DNA of 64,000 bases, from contig JAZBOQ010000143.1 in assembly GCA_036351195.1 (NCBI GenBank), forward strand, positions 29,526 to 93,525, read 5' to 3'. This DNA comes from Thermoanaerobaculales bacterium. GTDB taxonomy: Bacteria; Acidobacteriota; Thermoanaerobaculia; Thermoanaerobaculales; Sulfomarinibacteraceae. Every line of letters starts with the position of its first letter. Position 1 is the first letter of the stretch. The notes beneath the pieces are model-generated. The model did not search any database. It was not told where the DNA came from and was given only the letters and a program-made list of their open reading frames with translations. Below are positions 17,809 to 27,237 of this stretch, piece by piece. The position numbers were made by a program, and so were the translations under genes.

Positions 17809-20800
17809 GTGCGACCCTGCCTTCAGATACTCATCGTGCTCGCGGCCTTGAATGGGGCGGCCGGTGCGGCGGGTTCCTTGGCCGGATCTCTCGCGGCCCC
17901 GCCGGCTGCCTCCGGCGTTGATCGTGTCTTGATTCACCTCGAGGCGCCAGCTGCAGCATTCGCACCTCTGCAGCCAGGACGTCACCATCGCGACGATCAA
18001 CGCCTGGCCGCGGTACGGGACGCCATCCAAACCTCCGTCGATGCATTCGCCCCGGCCATCGCCGCCGGCGACATCATCGTGGAGCGCTCCTTCCGCCTCC
18101 AACCGACCATTGAGGCGGTGGTCAGCCCCGCCGGGCTCGAGGCGCTCTCCCGAGACCCCGGGGTTCGGTTCGTCGAGCCCGACCGGCGCTGGCGGCTGCA
18201 GACCATCGAGGGACTCGAGCTCATCGGCGCCAGCGAGCTCCACCAGCTCGACATCTCCGGTGAGGGCACTGCGGTGGCGATCATCGACTCCGGCGTCGAC
18301 TACAACCACCCGTCCCTGGGCGGCGGACAGATCCCGAACGCCAAAGTCGTCTACGGCCTCGACACCGGTGACGGAGATGACGACCCCATGGACTGCAACG
18401 GACACGGTTCGGCGGTGGCGTCGGTGGCCGCCGGCTCGTCTCATCAGTGGAGCCCCACCCGTCGTTTCGGTGGTGGTGTCGCGCCGGCAGCGAAGATCCT
18501 CGCCTACAAGGTCACCACCGACTCGGAGTGCGGTATCGCCACCACGGGTGCGGTGGTGGAGGCCATCGAGGACGCCATCCTCCGCAGACACGGAGAAGAT
18601 TACGATCTGGCGGCTATCAACATCTCACTCGGCGGCGGTGCGTTCAGCGGCCCGTGCGATGGCGACAACCCCACCTATGCGGCCGCGGTTAACGCCGCCG
18701 TCGAGGCCGGAATCGCGGTGGTGGCGGCGGCCGGAAACAGCGGTTATCCCGACGCCATGAATGCACCCGCCTGCCTGAGCCGGGCCATCTCCGTCGGGTC
18801 GGTGTGGGATGTCGACCCAGGTTGGGTGCCCTACCTCTTTTGTCTCGATGACGCCTGCAATCACGCCTGCGACGACAGCTATCGATGGCGAGGCGCGGTG
18901 GCGTGCTACTCCAACTCCGGCCGTTTCCTGGACCTGATGGCGCCCTCGGAGTACCTGCGAGCTGCAGAATCCGGTGGCGTCACCATCGAGTTCGGAGGAA
19001 CGTCGGGAGCCGCTGCCTATGTCACGGGTGCCGCGGCTCTGCTCGCGCAATCCATGGGAGGCGGAGATCCCAACGCCATCCGTTACCACCTGGCCGCGAC
19101 CGGCGAGCCCACAATGGACGACAAGAACGGCCTCGTCCGTCCAGTGATCCATCTCGGAGCTGCAGCCGCCGCAACCACCGTTTTCACACCCCAGGAGGCT
19201 TCGCTTCCGATCCGGCACGGACCGGGTGTGCTCACCCGGTCTACCATCGACGTCGACGGAACGGGCACCGTTGGGCATCTCGAGGTCTATGTGGATATCG
19301 TCCACCCTGCGGCGGAACATCTCAGGCTGACGCTCAGTTCTCCCGACGGCACCTCGGTTCTGCTCCACGACCAGACCTCTTCACCGGAGGGCCTGGCGGG
19401 GTCCTACCCCAACGATCTGGCCCCCGTCGAGCCCCTGGCCCTTTTTTCCGGCCTTCCTGCCGCCGGCTCGTGGATGCTCACCATCGAGGACGGCCGGGTC
19501 GATCCTGTCGCCGATCGCCCCTCGCAGCTCGTGGGATGGGCCCTGAAGCTGGTCCCGCCCTCGCCGCCCGTTCCCGAAAATGTCGAACTCATGTACCCGG
19601 TCGTCGCCCATACGCGAGGCGCCCTCGACACCGACTGGCGTTCCGACATTCGTCTCTTCAACGCGGCCGGCGACCGCGAGGCCCGACTCCGGCTCCACCT
19701 GATCCCCCCGTCGGGATCCTACGAATTCGAGCCGCGCCAAACCGATATTGTCGTTCCCCACTCGTCGATCCTCGCCCTCAACGATGTGGTTCTAGAGCGC
19801 CTCGGCTTCGACTCGGCTCGCGGGAGCCTGGTCATCGAGTCCGACCAGGATCAAATCATTCATGGGTCATCCCGGACCTATACCACCGCCGGTGCGGGGA
19901 CCTTCGGGCAGTTCGTCGCTCCGATCATCGGCGGCCAGCCCGCCTCCGCCGCCGGTGATACCGCCATCGTGATCCTCCCGCCTGGCGGTGAGGGGCACCG
20001 GCTCAATCTCGGTCTTGTCGAGGTTTCCGGACACCCGATCCTCGCCGCCGTCACCCTCGTCGACAGCCAGACCGGGAGCTCCGTCGGCTCCTCGCTCTTC
20101 ACCCAGGTCGAGGCCTTCGCGAACCTCCAGCTCAATGACATCCTGAGCCGGCTCCATGCCGAGAACGCCGTAGATCCCTATGTCGCCGTCTCCGCCGTCC
20201 AGGGAGACGGACGGCTGACCGCCTACGGGTCCCTCGTCGACAACCTCTCCGGCGATGCCGTTTTCGTCATCGGCAGCGTTCCACGAACCACTCCGTACCT
20301 CCTCGTGCCGGTGGTCGCTCACACCGCAGGCCAGGCCGGGACGAGGTGGCGGAGCGACCTTCGAGTTCTGAACGACGGCGACTTCTCCATCAACATCGAC
20401 GCCGAGTTCCGGCTCCGGGGATCCTACGGCGTCCCTCCGGTGGTCGAGAGCTTCGAGCTCCGTCCCGGTCAGGCGATGACCATCGACGACGTGGTGCACA
20501 CCCTTTTCGAGCTCGACGACGCGGTGGGTTCCCTCCGGCTCGTCTCCCGGGAAGGGCCGGCGGTGTTCCACGCCTCTTCGAGAACCGCCAACCACGGGAG
20601 CACCGATGGCGCTTTCGGACAGTATGTCCCTGCCATCCGCAGCGACGACGGCCTTCGAGAAGCCGGCGTGCTGCTCCACCTGGCCAAAGGCCCGGACTCT
20701 CGATCGAACGTGGGCCTCGTCGAGACGGCGGGCGGCGCCGTCACCCTCGAACTCACCCTCTTCGATGAGGACGGTCGGGCGGTGGGGGGCGTTCAGAGGC

Positions 20801-20994
20801 GGGCCCTCGGACCGTGGGAGCTGGTGCAGATCAACGACGTCTTTTCGGCGCTCGGCGCCCCGGCACTCTCCGCCGCCAGGCTGGACATCGTCAGGGTGAG
20901 CGGAGAGGGCTCCTTCTTCGCCTACGCGTCGGTTGTGGACACCACCTCCGGCGATGCGATCTTCGTCCCTGTTTCGGACCACACGAGGAACTGA
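17809..20994 (+). CDS. secreted S8 subtilisin-family protease with P-domain and two tandem C-terminal domains of unknown function
   Basis: GTG 17809 followed by a signal peptide. Catalytic motifs AIIDSGVD (Asp), NGHGSAVASV (His) and GGTSGAAAYVTG (Ser). Proprotein-convertase P-domain-like region (GHLEVYVDIVHPAAEHLRLTLSSPDGT...SWMLTIEDG). Confidence 0.85.
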   Translation: MRPCLQILIVLAALNGAAGAAGSLAGSLAAPPAASGVDRVLIHLEAPAAAFAPLQPGRHHRDDQRLAAVRDAIQTSVDAFAPAIAAGDIIVERSFRLQPTIEAVVSPAGLEALSRDPGVRFVEPDRRWRLQTIEGLELIGASELHQLDISGEGTAVAIIDSGVDYNHPSLGGGQIPNAKVVYGLDTGDGDDDPMDCNGHGSAVASVAAGSSHQWSPTRRFGGGVAPAAKILAYKVTTDSECGIATTGAVVEAIEDAILRRHGEDYDLAAINISLGGGAFSGPCDGDNPTYAAAVNAAVEAGIAVVAAAGNSGYPDAMNAPACLSRAISVGSVWDVDPGWVPYLFCLDDACNHACDDSYRWRGAVACYSNSGRFLDLMAPSEYLRAAESGGVTIEFGGTSGAAAYVTGAAALLAQSMGGGDPNAIRYHLAATGEPTMDDKNGLVRPVIHLGAAAAATTVFTPQEASLPIRHGPGVLTRSTIDVDGTGTVGHLEVYVDIVHPAAEHLRLTLSSPDGTSVLLHDQTSSPEGLAGSYPNDLAPVEPLALFSGLPAAGSWMLTIEDGRVDPVADRPSQLVGWALKLVPPSPPVPENVELMYPVVAHTRGALDTDWRSDIRLFNAAGDREARLRLHLIPPSGSYEFEPRQTDIVVPHSSILALNDVVLERLGFDSARGSLVIESDQDQIIHGSSRTYTTAGAGTFGQFVAPIIGGQPASAAGDTAIVILPPGGEGHRLNLGLVEVSGHPILAAVTLVDSQTGSSVGSSLFTQVEAFANLQLNDILSRLHAENAVDPYVAVSAVQGDGRLTAYGSLVDNLSGDAVFVIGSVPRTTPYLLVPVVAHTAGQAGTRWRSDLRVLNDGDFSINIDAEFRLRGSYGVPPVVESFELRPGQAMTIDDVVHTLFELDDAVGSLRLVSREGPAVFHASSRTANHGSTDGAFGQYVPAIRSDDGLREAGVLLHLAKGPDSRSNVGLVETAGGAVTLELTLFDEDGRAVGGVQRRALGPWELVQINDVFSALGAPALSAARLDIVRVSGEGSFFAYASVVDTTSGDAIFVPVSDHTRN

Positions 20995-21064
20995 CGATCA
21001 CGTCGTGATCCCGGTCACCCAGCCACGATCGCCACTTCGTTATGATCGATGTGTAGGAGTGCTG

Positions 21065-22666
21065 GTGCGGAATTTCCTGATCATCGCCATCGTATTCACG
21101 AGCTTTGCTGCGGCCGGACCCTCCGGTGCGCAGACCTTCTGCGACGGCCCGCCGACGGCGAGCTTCCTCACCAACCAGAGCATCGTCGTGAGTGGGATGG
21201 GCAGCGAGGGACACCCGTCGTCTCTGTCCTGGTATATCACCCCGCCCGACGCCTCCGTTCCAGGCGCTCCCACGTCGCAGGAGGCCGAGTACGAGTTGCT
21301 TCTCGACTCCCCCGGTCTCTGGAGCATCGCCCTGGTGGCCGACTACGACCACGAGGCTGTCGGCGGTGGGCGCTGGTCTTCCGACCTCTGCGTCACCGTA
21401 AAGGTCAGCACCGTGGTCGCCGCCATCAGCCTCGGCGCCGCCCAGGTCACCACCGAGGAGAACCTCCCGCTCCACGGACACGATTCGCTCTGGGCCACCG
21501 GTGTGGCCCCCGAGGTCGAGTGGCGCATCGACGGCCAGCCCCTCGCCGCCTGTAACGGCGGGCCGGCACCGAGCACGCCCCTGGACCTGAACTGCACGGT
21601 TCCGTCCGGATGGCTCGACCCGGGCACGCACACCGCGGGGCTTCTCCTCACCGACCCCGGATCCGGTGAGAGCAGCTTCGCCCTGGACACCTTCGAGGTC
21701 ACCGAGGTGGTTCCCCTCTCCGTCGACTTCAGCTGGCACCCCTTCGAGCCCGATCCCGGCGTGAGCGTGAACTTCACGGCGGTGGTGGAACCCTTCATGG
21801 ACGAAGCCGACTTCACCCTGGTGGAGTGGGACTTCGGGGACGGAGCGGTCGTCTCCAATAGCAGCTGTCCCCTTCCCTGGGCCTCGTGCCTCGCCTGGCC
21901 CCACGCCTACGGCCTGGACGGTTGGTACGACATCACCGTCACCGTCGAAACGGAAGATGAAACCGCGTCCGCGACCCACCGCATCAAGGTGGGTGATCCC
22001 GTGGAGCCTCCAGTGGCGTCGTTCTCCGCCACGTCAACGACGCCGTCACTGTACGAAGCCGTGGCTCTCGACTTCGACGGCACCTGCGAGGGGGCCTGCC
22101 AGTGGTCCTGGAGTTTCGACGACGGCACCTTCAGCTCCACCGAGGACACCGTCCACGCGTGGGAGCTCCCCAACACCTACGCCGTTACTCTCACCGTCAC
22201 CAACCAGAGCGGCAGCGACGCCGTTGAGCACGCCGTCACCGTCGGCAGCTGCTGGACTCCGATTTCACCGACTCAGAGCGGGTCCTGCTTCGGCGGCCCG
22301 GTCAGCCTCACCGGGGCGTTCGGCAACGCCTGGCGGTGGAGCACCGGGGAACAGACGAGGGTGATCTCCGCACCCTTCGAGGGCGAATACTGGGTCAACG
22401 TGGACGACGGCGCGGGCTGCTGGGGATACTCCACCACCACGGTTGTGCTCTCCAACTGCGGCGACCCCGACGGCGACACCAATCTCGACGGCGCCGTCGA
22501 TGCGGCGGATCTCGCCGCTCTCATCCCGGAGCTCACCGACGGCGACGGCGATACCGTGGTGGGCGCCGGCGGTGGCGACCTTACGGCTCCCGGCGGCGAT
22601 GTGACCGGGGAAGGCTTGCTGCGGGCCGACGACCTGCTGTCGGTCGTCGTGGCGCTTTTCGAGTAG
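21065..22666 (+). CDS. secreted PKD-domain protein with C-terminal dockerin/EF-hand-like repeats
   Basis: AGGAG SD followed after 5 nt by GTG 21065. Signal peptide RNFLIIAIVFTSFAAAGPSGA/QT. PKD-like units (WDFGDGAVV, WSFDDGTFSS...YAVTLTVTNQSG). C-terminal DPDGDTNLDGAVDAADLAALI...GDVTGEGLLRADDLL. Confidence 0.75.
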   Translation: MRNFLIIAIVFTSFAAAGPSGAQTFCDGPPTASFLTNQSIVVSGMGSEGHPSSLSWYITPPDASVPGAPTSQEAEYELLLDSPGLWSIALVADYDHEAVGGGRWSSDLCVTVKVSTVVAAISLGAAQVTTEENLPLHGHDSLWATGVAPEVEWRIDGQPLAACNGGPAPSTPLDLNCTVPSGWLDPGTHTAGLLLTDPGSGESSFALDTFEVTEVVPLSVDFSWHPFEPDPGVSVNFTAVVEPFMDEADFTLVEWDFGDGAVVSNSSCPLPWASCLAWPHAYGLDGWYDITVTVETEDETASATHRIKVGDPVEPPVASFSATSTTPSLYEAVALDFDGTCEGACQWSWSFDDGTFSSTEDTVHAWELPNTYAVTLTVTNQSGSDAVEHAVTVGSCWTPISPTQSGSCFGGPVSLTGAFGNAWRWSTGEQTRVISAPFEGEYWVNVDDGAGCWGYSTTTVVLSNCGDPDGDTNLDGAVDAADLAALIPELTDGDGDTVVGAGGGDLTAPGGDVTGEGLLRADDLLSVVVALFE

Positions 22667-22889
22667 CGCCCTTCGGATCCGGCCGTGGCCCACGACGCGG
22701 TCAACCACGAATACCTCGTGGTCTGGACCGCGGACACCCTCATTCCCTTCTCTCACGTTGACGACGAGTTCGAGTCCTGGGGCCAGCTGTACGCCGGTGG
22801 GTTGATCGACAGCGACGGTTTCAAGTCCAAGGGAACCGGTGGTGGTCCGTGGTTCATCCCTCACCGCCCGGCGATCGTTTCCACGAGAA

Positions 22890-22912
22890 ACCCCCCGGCC
22901 TCGGGCCGGGGG
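22890..22912. terminator. GC hairpin between convergent genes (bidirectional intrinsic terminator candidate)
   Basis: CCCCCCGGCC-TCG-GGCCGGGGGG followed by ATGTTGTTT on the + strand and by TTTCTCG on the - strand. Confidence 0.6.
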
Positions 22913-22941
22913 GATGTTGTTTCAATCTGACGGCGGCCGTC

Positions 22942-24027
22942 TCAGCCGTTCGCCTCCGCGAACTTCTTCATGAAGTCGGCGAGGAACTCGACGCCCTCCA
23001 TGGGCATGGCGTTGTAGATCGAGGCCCGGCAGCCGCCCACCGAGCGGTGGCCCTTGAGCCCGCACATGCCGGCGGCGAGAGCTTCGGCGACGAACTTCGC
23101 CTCGAGCTCCTCCGACGGAAGGCGCCAGACCACGTTCATGTACGAGCGGCTCTCGAGCTCAACCGGGCAGCTGTAGAAGTCCGGGAACTGGTTCATCACC
23201 CCGTAGAGCAGATCGCCCTTGGTGCGGTTGTGCCGCTCCATGGCCTCGAGGCCGCCCTGAGCCTTCACGATCTCGAGCACGTTGCGCACCATGTAGATGG
23301 CGAAGGTCGGCGGCGTGTTGAACAGCGAGTCCTTGGCCGAGTGGGTCTTGTAGGCGAACATCGTCGGCAGGTTGTCGTTGGCCTGCTCGATCCAGCTCTT
23401 GCGGATGATCACGATGGTCACGCCCGAAGGCCCGATGTTCTTCTGGGCGCCGGCGTAGATCAAAGAAAACCTGTTGGCGTCGAAAGGCCGCCACAGGATA
23501 TCCGACGACATGTCGGCCACCAACGGGGTGCCTCCCAGGTCCGGGAAGTCGTGGAACTGGGTGCCCTTGATGGTGTTGTTGCTGGTGATGTGGACGTAGG
23601 CGGCGTTGGGGTCCAGGTCCCACTCGTCGAGCTTCGGAATCCGGGTGAAGCCGTCGGCCTCCGATGAGGCGGCCTCGCGGGCGTTGGCGATGATCTTCGC
23701 CTCCTTGATGGCCTTGGCAGACCAGGTTCCTGTGTTGACGAAGTCCGCCGACCCGTCGGGCGGGATGAAGTTCATGGGCACCATGGCGAACTGGGTCGAG
23801 GCGCCTCCCTGGAGGAAGAGCACCTGGTGGTCGTCATCGAGGCCGAGAAGCTCGCTCATCAGCTCCATGGCGCCGTAGTGGACGGCGTCGTACTCCTTGG
23901 AGCGGTGCGAGGTCTCCATCACCGACATGCCGGTGCCTTCCCACTCGGGAAGCTCGGCTTTTGCGCGCTCCAGCGCGGCCAGCGGCAGGGTTGCGGGACC
24001 GGCGTAGAAGTTGAATGCTCGGGTCAT
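22942..24027 (-). CDS. serC: phosphoserine aminotransferase
   Basis: SD GAGGAGG plus ATG 24027. MTRAFNFYAGPATLPLAALERAK... and ETSHRSKEY motifs. Confidence 0.9.
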   Translation of the reverse strand: MTRAFNFYAGPATLPLAALERAKAELPEWEGTGMSVMETSHRSKEYDAVHYGAMELMSELLGLDDDHQVLFLQGGASTQFAMVPMNFIPPDGSADFVNTGTWSAKAIKEAKIIANAREAASSEADGFTRIPKLDEWDLDPNAAYVHITSNNTIKGTQFHDFPDLGGTPLVADMSSDILWRPFDANRFSLIYAGAQKNIGPSGVTIVIIRKSWIEQANDNLPTMFAYKTHSAKDSLFNTPPTFAIYMVRNVLEIVKAQGGLEAMERHNRTKGDLLYGVMNQFPDFYSCPVELESRSYMNVVWRLPSEELEAKFVAEALAAGMCGLKGHRSVGGCRASIYNAMPMEGVEFLADFMKKFAEANG

Positions 24028-24037
24028 GGTTACCTCC

Positions 24038-24919
24038 TCAGGCTGTCTGGTGGGCGAAGTCTTCGAGGATCCGTACCACCACGTCACCGATTCGCAGCAT
24101 GTTTTCACTGGACGAAGCGCCGATGTGCGGGGTCATGATCACGTTGGGCGCATCGTAGAGCGGGCTGTCGTCCGCCGGCGGGTCGGACAGGAACACGTCC
24201 GTGGCGTAAGCGCGGACCTTGCCCGACTTCAGCGCCGCCTTGATGTCGTTCTCGTCGACGCAGCCGCCGCGGGCGGTGTTCACGATGATGACGCCGTCTT
24301 TCATGCGGCCGATAGAGTCCGCGTTGATCATGTTGCGGGTCTCATCGGTCAGCGGAACGTGGATCGACAGGTAGTCGGACTCGCTGAGCAGCTCGTCCAT
24401 GCTCACCAGGTCGAGGACGTCGTGGCCCTTGAGAAAGGGGTCGTAGGCGATGACCCGCATCCCGAAGGCGATGGCCCTCCGGGCGAGCTCGGTGCCGATG
24501 TTCCCGGCGCCGAACAGCCCCAGCGTCTTGCCCATGAGCTCGGTGCGTTTGAGCTGCTTCTTCCTCCACTCGTACTCCATCATGCCCAGGTGGCCTTCGA
24601 CCAGGCGGGTCGGAACCGAGATCATGAGGGCGAAGGCGAGTTCGGCAACCGCCACCGCCGACGCTTCCGCGGTGTTGAAAACCTGGACCCCCTTCGAGCG
24701 GGCGTACTCCACATCGATGTTGTCGAGACCGACGCCGCCGCGGATGATCAGCCGCAGATTCTTGGCGGTGTCGATGTAGTCTTTGCGGCACTTGGTCTTC
24801 GAGCGCACCAGCACGACGTCGACCTCGGCGAGGCGCTCCTTGTCTTCGGTGACCTCTCCGAAAGCCGCGAGCTTGTCCGGGAGTGAAGCGTCGAACGCGT
24901 CTGAGATCAGGATCTTCAT
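24038..24919 (-). CDS. serA: D-3-phosphoglycerate dehydrogenase (short form, D-2-hydroxyacid dehydrogenase family)
   Basis: ORF 24038..24919. GLFGAGNIGTELARRA NAD-binding motif. Immediately upstream of serC. Confidence 0.8.
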   Translation of the reverse strand: MKILISDAFDASLPDKLAAFGEVTEDKERLAEVDVVLVRSKTKCRKDYIDTAKNLRLIIRGGVGLDNIDVEYARSKGVQVFNTAEASAVAVAELAFALMISVPTRLVEGHLGMMEYEWRKKQLKRTELMGKTLGLFGAGNIGTELARRAIAFGMRVIAYDPFLKGHDVLDLVSMDELLSESDYLSIHVPLTDETRNMINADSIGRMKDGVIIVNTARGGCVDENDIKAALKSGKVRAYATDVFLSDPPADDSPLYDAPNVIMTPHIGASSSENMLRIGDVVVRILEDFAHQTA

Positions 24920-24959
24920 GACACCTCCTGGGTGAACGCCGCAGCAGCTCCCTGCGGTC

Positions 24960-26198
24960 CTAGTCCAGCGGCCTGACCACCAGACCCGACCGGAGCTTCG
25001 GCTCGAACCAGGTGGATTTCGGCGGCATCACCGTGTCGGCGTCCGCCACCGCGAAGAGCTGGGTGATCGCCGTGGGGTAGAGGGCGAAGGCCACCCACCA
25101 GTCGCCGGTGTCCACCCGCTTCTCGAGCTCGGCGAGGCCGCGGATGCCGCCGACGAAGTCGATGTTCTCGTCGGAGCGAGGGTCGCCGATGCCGAGGATC
25201 GGCGCGAGCAGGTTGTCCTGAAGAATGGCCACGTCCAGGCTCTTCACCGGATCGTCGGCGGGGAAGGACCCGCTCTTGGCGGTCAGCCGGTACCAGCTGC
25301 CGTCCAGGTACATCCCGAAGGTCTTCGCCTCGGCCGGTTTGACGGCCTCGCTGAGGACCACGTCGAAAGCTTCCCCTACCGTGGCCAAAAAGGAACCCTT
25401 GTCCAGTCCCTTGGCGTTCTTCACGACCCGGTTGTAGTCCATGATCAGCATCTGGTCGTGGGGGAAGATCACGCTGAGGAAGAAGTTGTAGGACTCCTCC
25501 CCGGTGTGGCCGGGGTTACCGTCCTTCCGGATGGTCCGAACTCGGGTCGCCGCCGCGGACCGGTGGTGCCCGTCGGCGACGTAGAGCTCCGGCACGTCGC
25601 CGAATGCGTCCACCAGGGCCCTCACCTCCGCCGGGTCGTCCACGACCCACATTGTGTGGGCGATCCCGTCGGGGGCGGTGAAATCGTACGCCGGAGCGCC
25701 GGCCGTCAACCGCGACACCAGTTCGTCGATCTCGGGTTTGGCGCGGTAGGTCAGAAAGACCGGCCCGGTGTTGGCGTTCAGCGCCTCCACGTGGCGGGTG
25801 CGGTCGTCTTCCTTCTTCGGCCGCGTGTGCTCGTGCTTCTTGATCAGGTCGGCCTCGTACTCATCGATGCTCGCACCTGCAACCAATCCGGTCTGGACGT
25901 GGTCGCCCATCTTCTGCCGGTACAGGTAGAGCGCGGGCCGCGCTTCGCGAACGAGCACGCCGTCGTCCTTGAGCCGCTGCAGGTTTTCCGCCCCTTTGGC
26001 GTACACCTCGTCCGAGTAGAGGTCGGTCCCGGGCGGCAAATCGATTTCCGGTTTGACCACGTGGAGGAAGGAGAGCGGGTTGTCCGCCGCCATTTCCCGA
26101 GCCTCGTCGCTGTTCAACACATCGTAGGGCGGGCTGGCCACCCGCTCGGCGAGATCCGCCGTCGGCCGCCACGCGCGGAAGGGTTCGATTCGTGCCAT
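24960..26198 (-). CDS. DUF1015 family protein
   Basis: ATG 26198 (MARIEPFRAWRPTADLAERVASPPYDVLNSDEAR...) matches the characteristic DUF1015 N-terminus. Sits upstream of serA-serC. Confidence 0.8.
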   Translation of the reverse strand: MARIEPFRAWRPTADLAERVASPPYDVLNSDEAREMAADNPLSFLHVVKPEIDLPPGTDLYSDEVYAKGAENLQRLKDDGVLVREARPALYLYRQKMGDHVQTGLVAGASIDEYEADLIKKHEHTRPKKEDDRTRHVEALNANTGPVFLTYRAKPEIDELVSRLTAGAPAYDFTAPDGIAHTMWVVDDPAEVRALVDAFGDVPELYVADGHHRSAAATRVRTIRKDGNPGHTGEESYNFFLSVIFPHDQMLIMDYNRVVKNAKGLDKGSFLATVGEAFDVVLSEAVKPAEAKTFGMYLDGSWYRLTAKSGSFPADDPVKSLDVAILQDNLLAPILGIGDPRSDENIDFVGGIRGLAELEKRVDTGDWWVAFALYPTAITQLFAVADADTVMPPKSTWFEPKLRSGLVVRPLD

Positions 26199-26273
26199 TT
26201 TCGTACTCCGTTTTCCTGAAATGACCTCCTCCACGGAAGCCACGTGAAACCTAGCACAAGAAGGCCAGTGTGG

Positions 26274-27206
26274 CTACATCGACGGCCCGTCGGCGGCTGG
26301 CGTCTCGACGCCGAGACCCCGGCCGGTCTCGATATAGGTTTCTAAGCCCTTGGCCGTGTTGGCGAGCACGCCCGGTTCCACCGCCCATCTCCCGGGCTCG
26401 CCGATCACGATCAGCGTGGATCCGCCGAAGAGGAACATCCCCTTCTCGTCCCCGCGTCGGAACGGACCGCCACGGTGGAGCGAGACGATCCTCCCAACAC
26501 AGGTGGCGCCGATCTCCACGTAGGCGAGGCGACCCAGGTGGGCGGTTTGGAGAATCGACACGTTGCGCTCGTTGAGCATGAAGATGTCCGGTCGACCCGC
26601 CAACGCCCATGGGTTCACCGAGTGCAACACGCCGGCAACCCGCCACTGGGCAACCACCTCGCCATCGTCGGGAAAGTGGAAACGGTGGTAGTCCACCGGG
26701 CAGAGCCGCGCGACGAACCCCGGGCCGCCTTGGAAGATGCGGCTCCACTCCGGGTCGCGGAGCAGCGCCTGGGCCGTGAAGAACGTGCCCTTGACCGGCA
26801 CCGACACCGCCTCGTCGAGGCGGTCGTAGGCGAAGTAGCGTGCGTCGGCGGGCGCCGGCACCTGGGGGTGCTGAACGAAGGGTCTCGCTCCTGCCGCCAG
26901 CCGCCGGGTGAAGAAGGCGTTGAAGCTCGAGTACGGTGATTCGGGTGATCGGCCCTCCTCGGAAACGAAGTCCTCCAGACGGATGCCGTAGCGTTGGACG
27001 AAGGGACCCACCTTGCGCGCCGAGGACGGCCGGTCCTGCAACCAGCCGCAGAGTCGGCTCACCGGCGGCGCCGCGACCAGTATCGACAGCAGGCGGCCGA
27101 TGGACGTGCCGTAGAGAGCGCGGACCCAAAATCCGCCATAGACCGCTTCCTCGCAGACCTTACCGGACTCCATATCCACATACCGGATGGGTTGGTACTT
27201 GGTCAC
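26274..27206 (-). CDS. psd: phosphatidylserine decarboxylase proenzyme
   Basis: ORF 26274..27206. FFTRRL motif and a C-terminal self-cleavage-type motif FLFGGSTLIV. Confidence 0.8.
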   Translation of the reverse strand: MTKYQPIRYVDMESGKVCEEAVYGGFWVRALYGTSIGRLLSILVAAPPVSRLCGWLQDRPSSARKVGPFVQRYGIRLEDFVSEEGRSPESPYSSFNAFFTRRLAAGARPFVQHPQVPAPADARYFAYDRLDEAVSVPVKGTFFTAQALLRDPEWSRIFQGGPGFVARLCPVDYHRFHFPDDGEVVAQWRVAGVLHSVNPWALAGRPDIFMLNERNVSILQTAHLGRLAYVEIGATCVGRIVSLHRGGPFRRGDEKGMFLFGGSTLIVIGEPGRWAVEPGVLANTAKGLETYIETGRGLGVETPAADGPSM

Positions 27207-27237
27207 CTGCGCCTTCCCGATTTCTTTCCCTGCAATT

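Noticed and set aside
22430-22666. Dockerin-like C-terminus implying a cellulosome
   Set aside because: No cohesin or scaffoldin and no glycoside hydrolases are nearby. Dockerin/EF-hand-like calcium-binding repeats are widespread in secreted proteins.
21065-22666. PKD protein next to a protease as a diversity-generating or toxin system
   Set aside because: There is no reverse transcriptase, no template/variable repeat pair and no immunity-like small gene.
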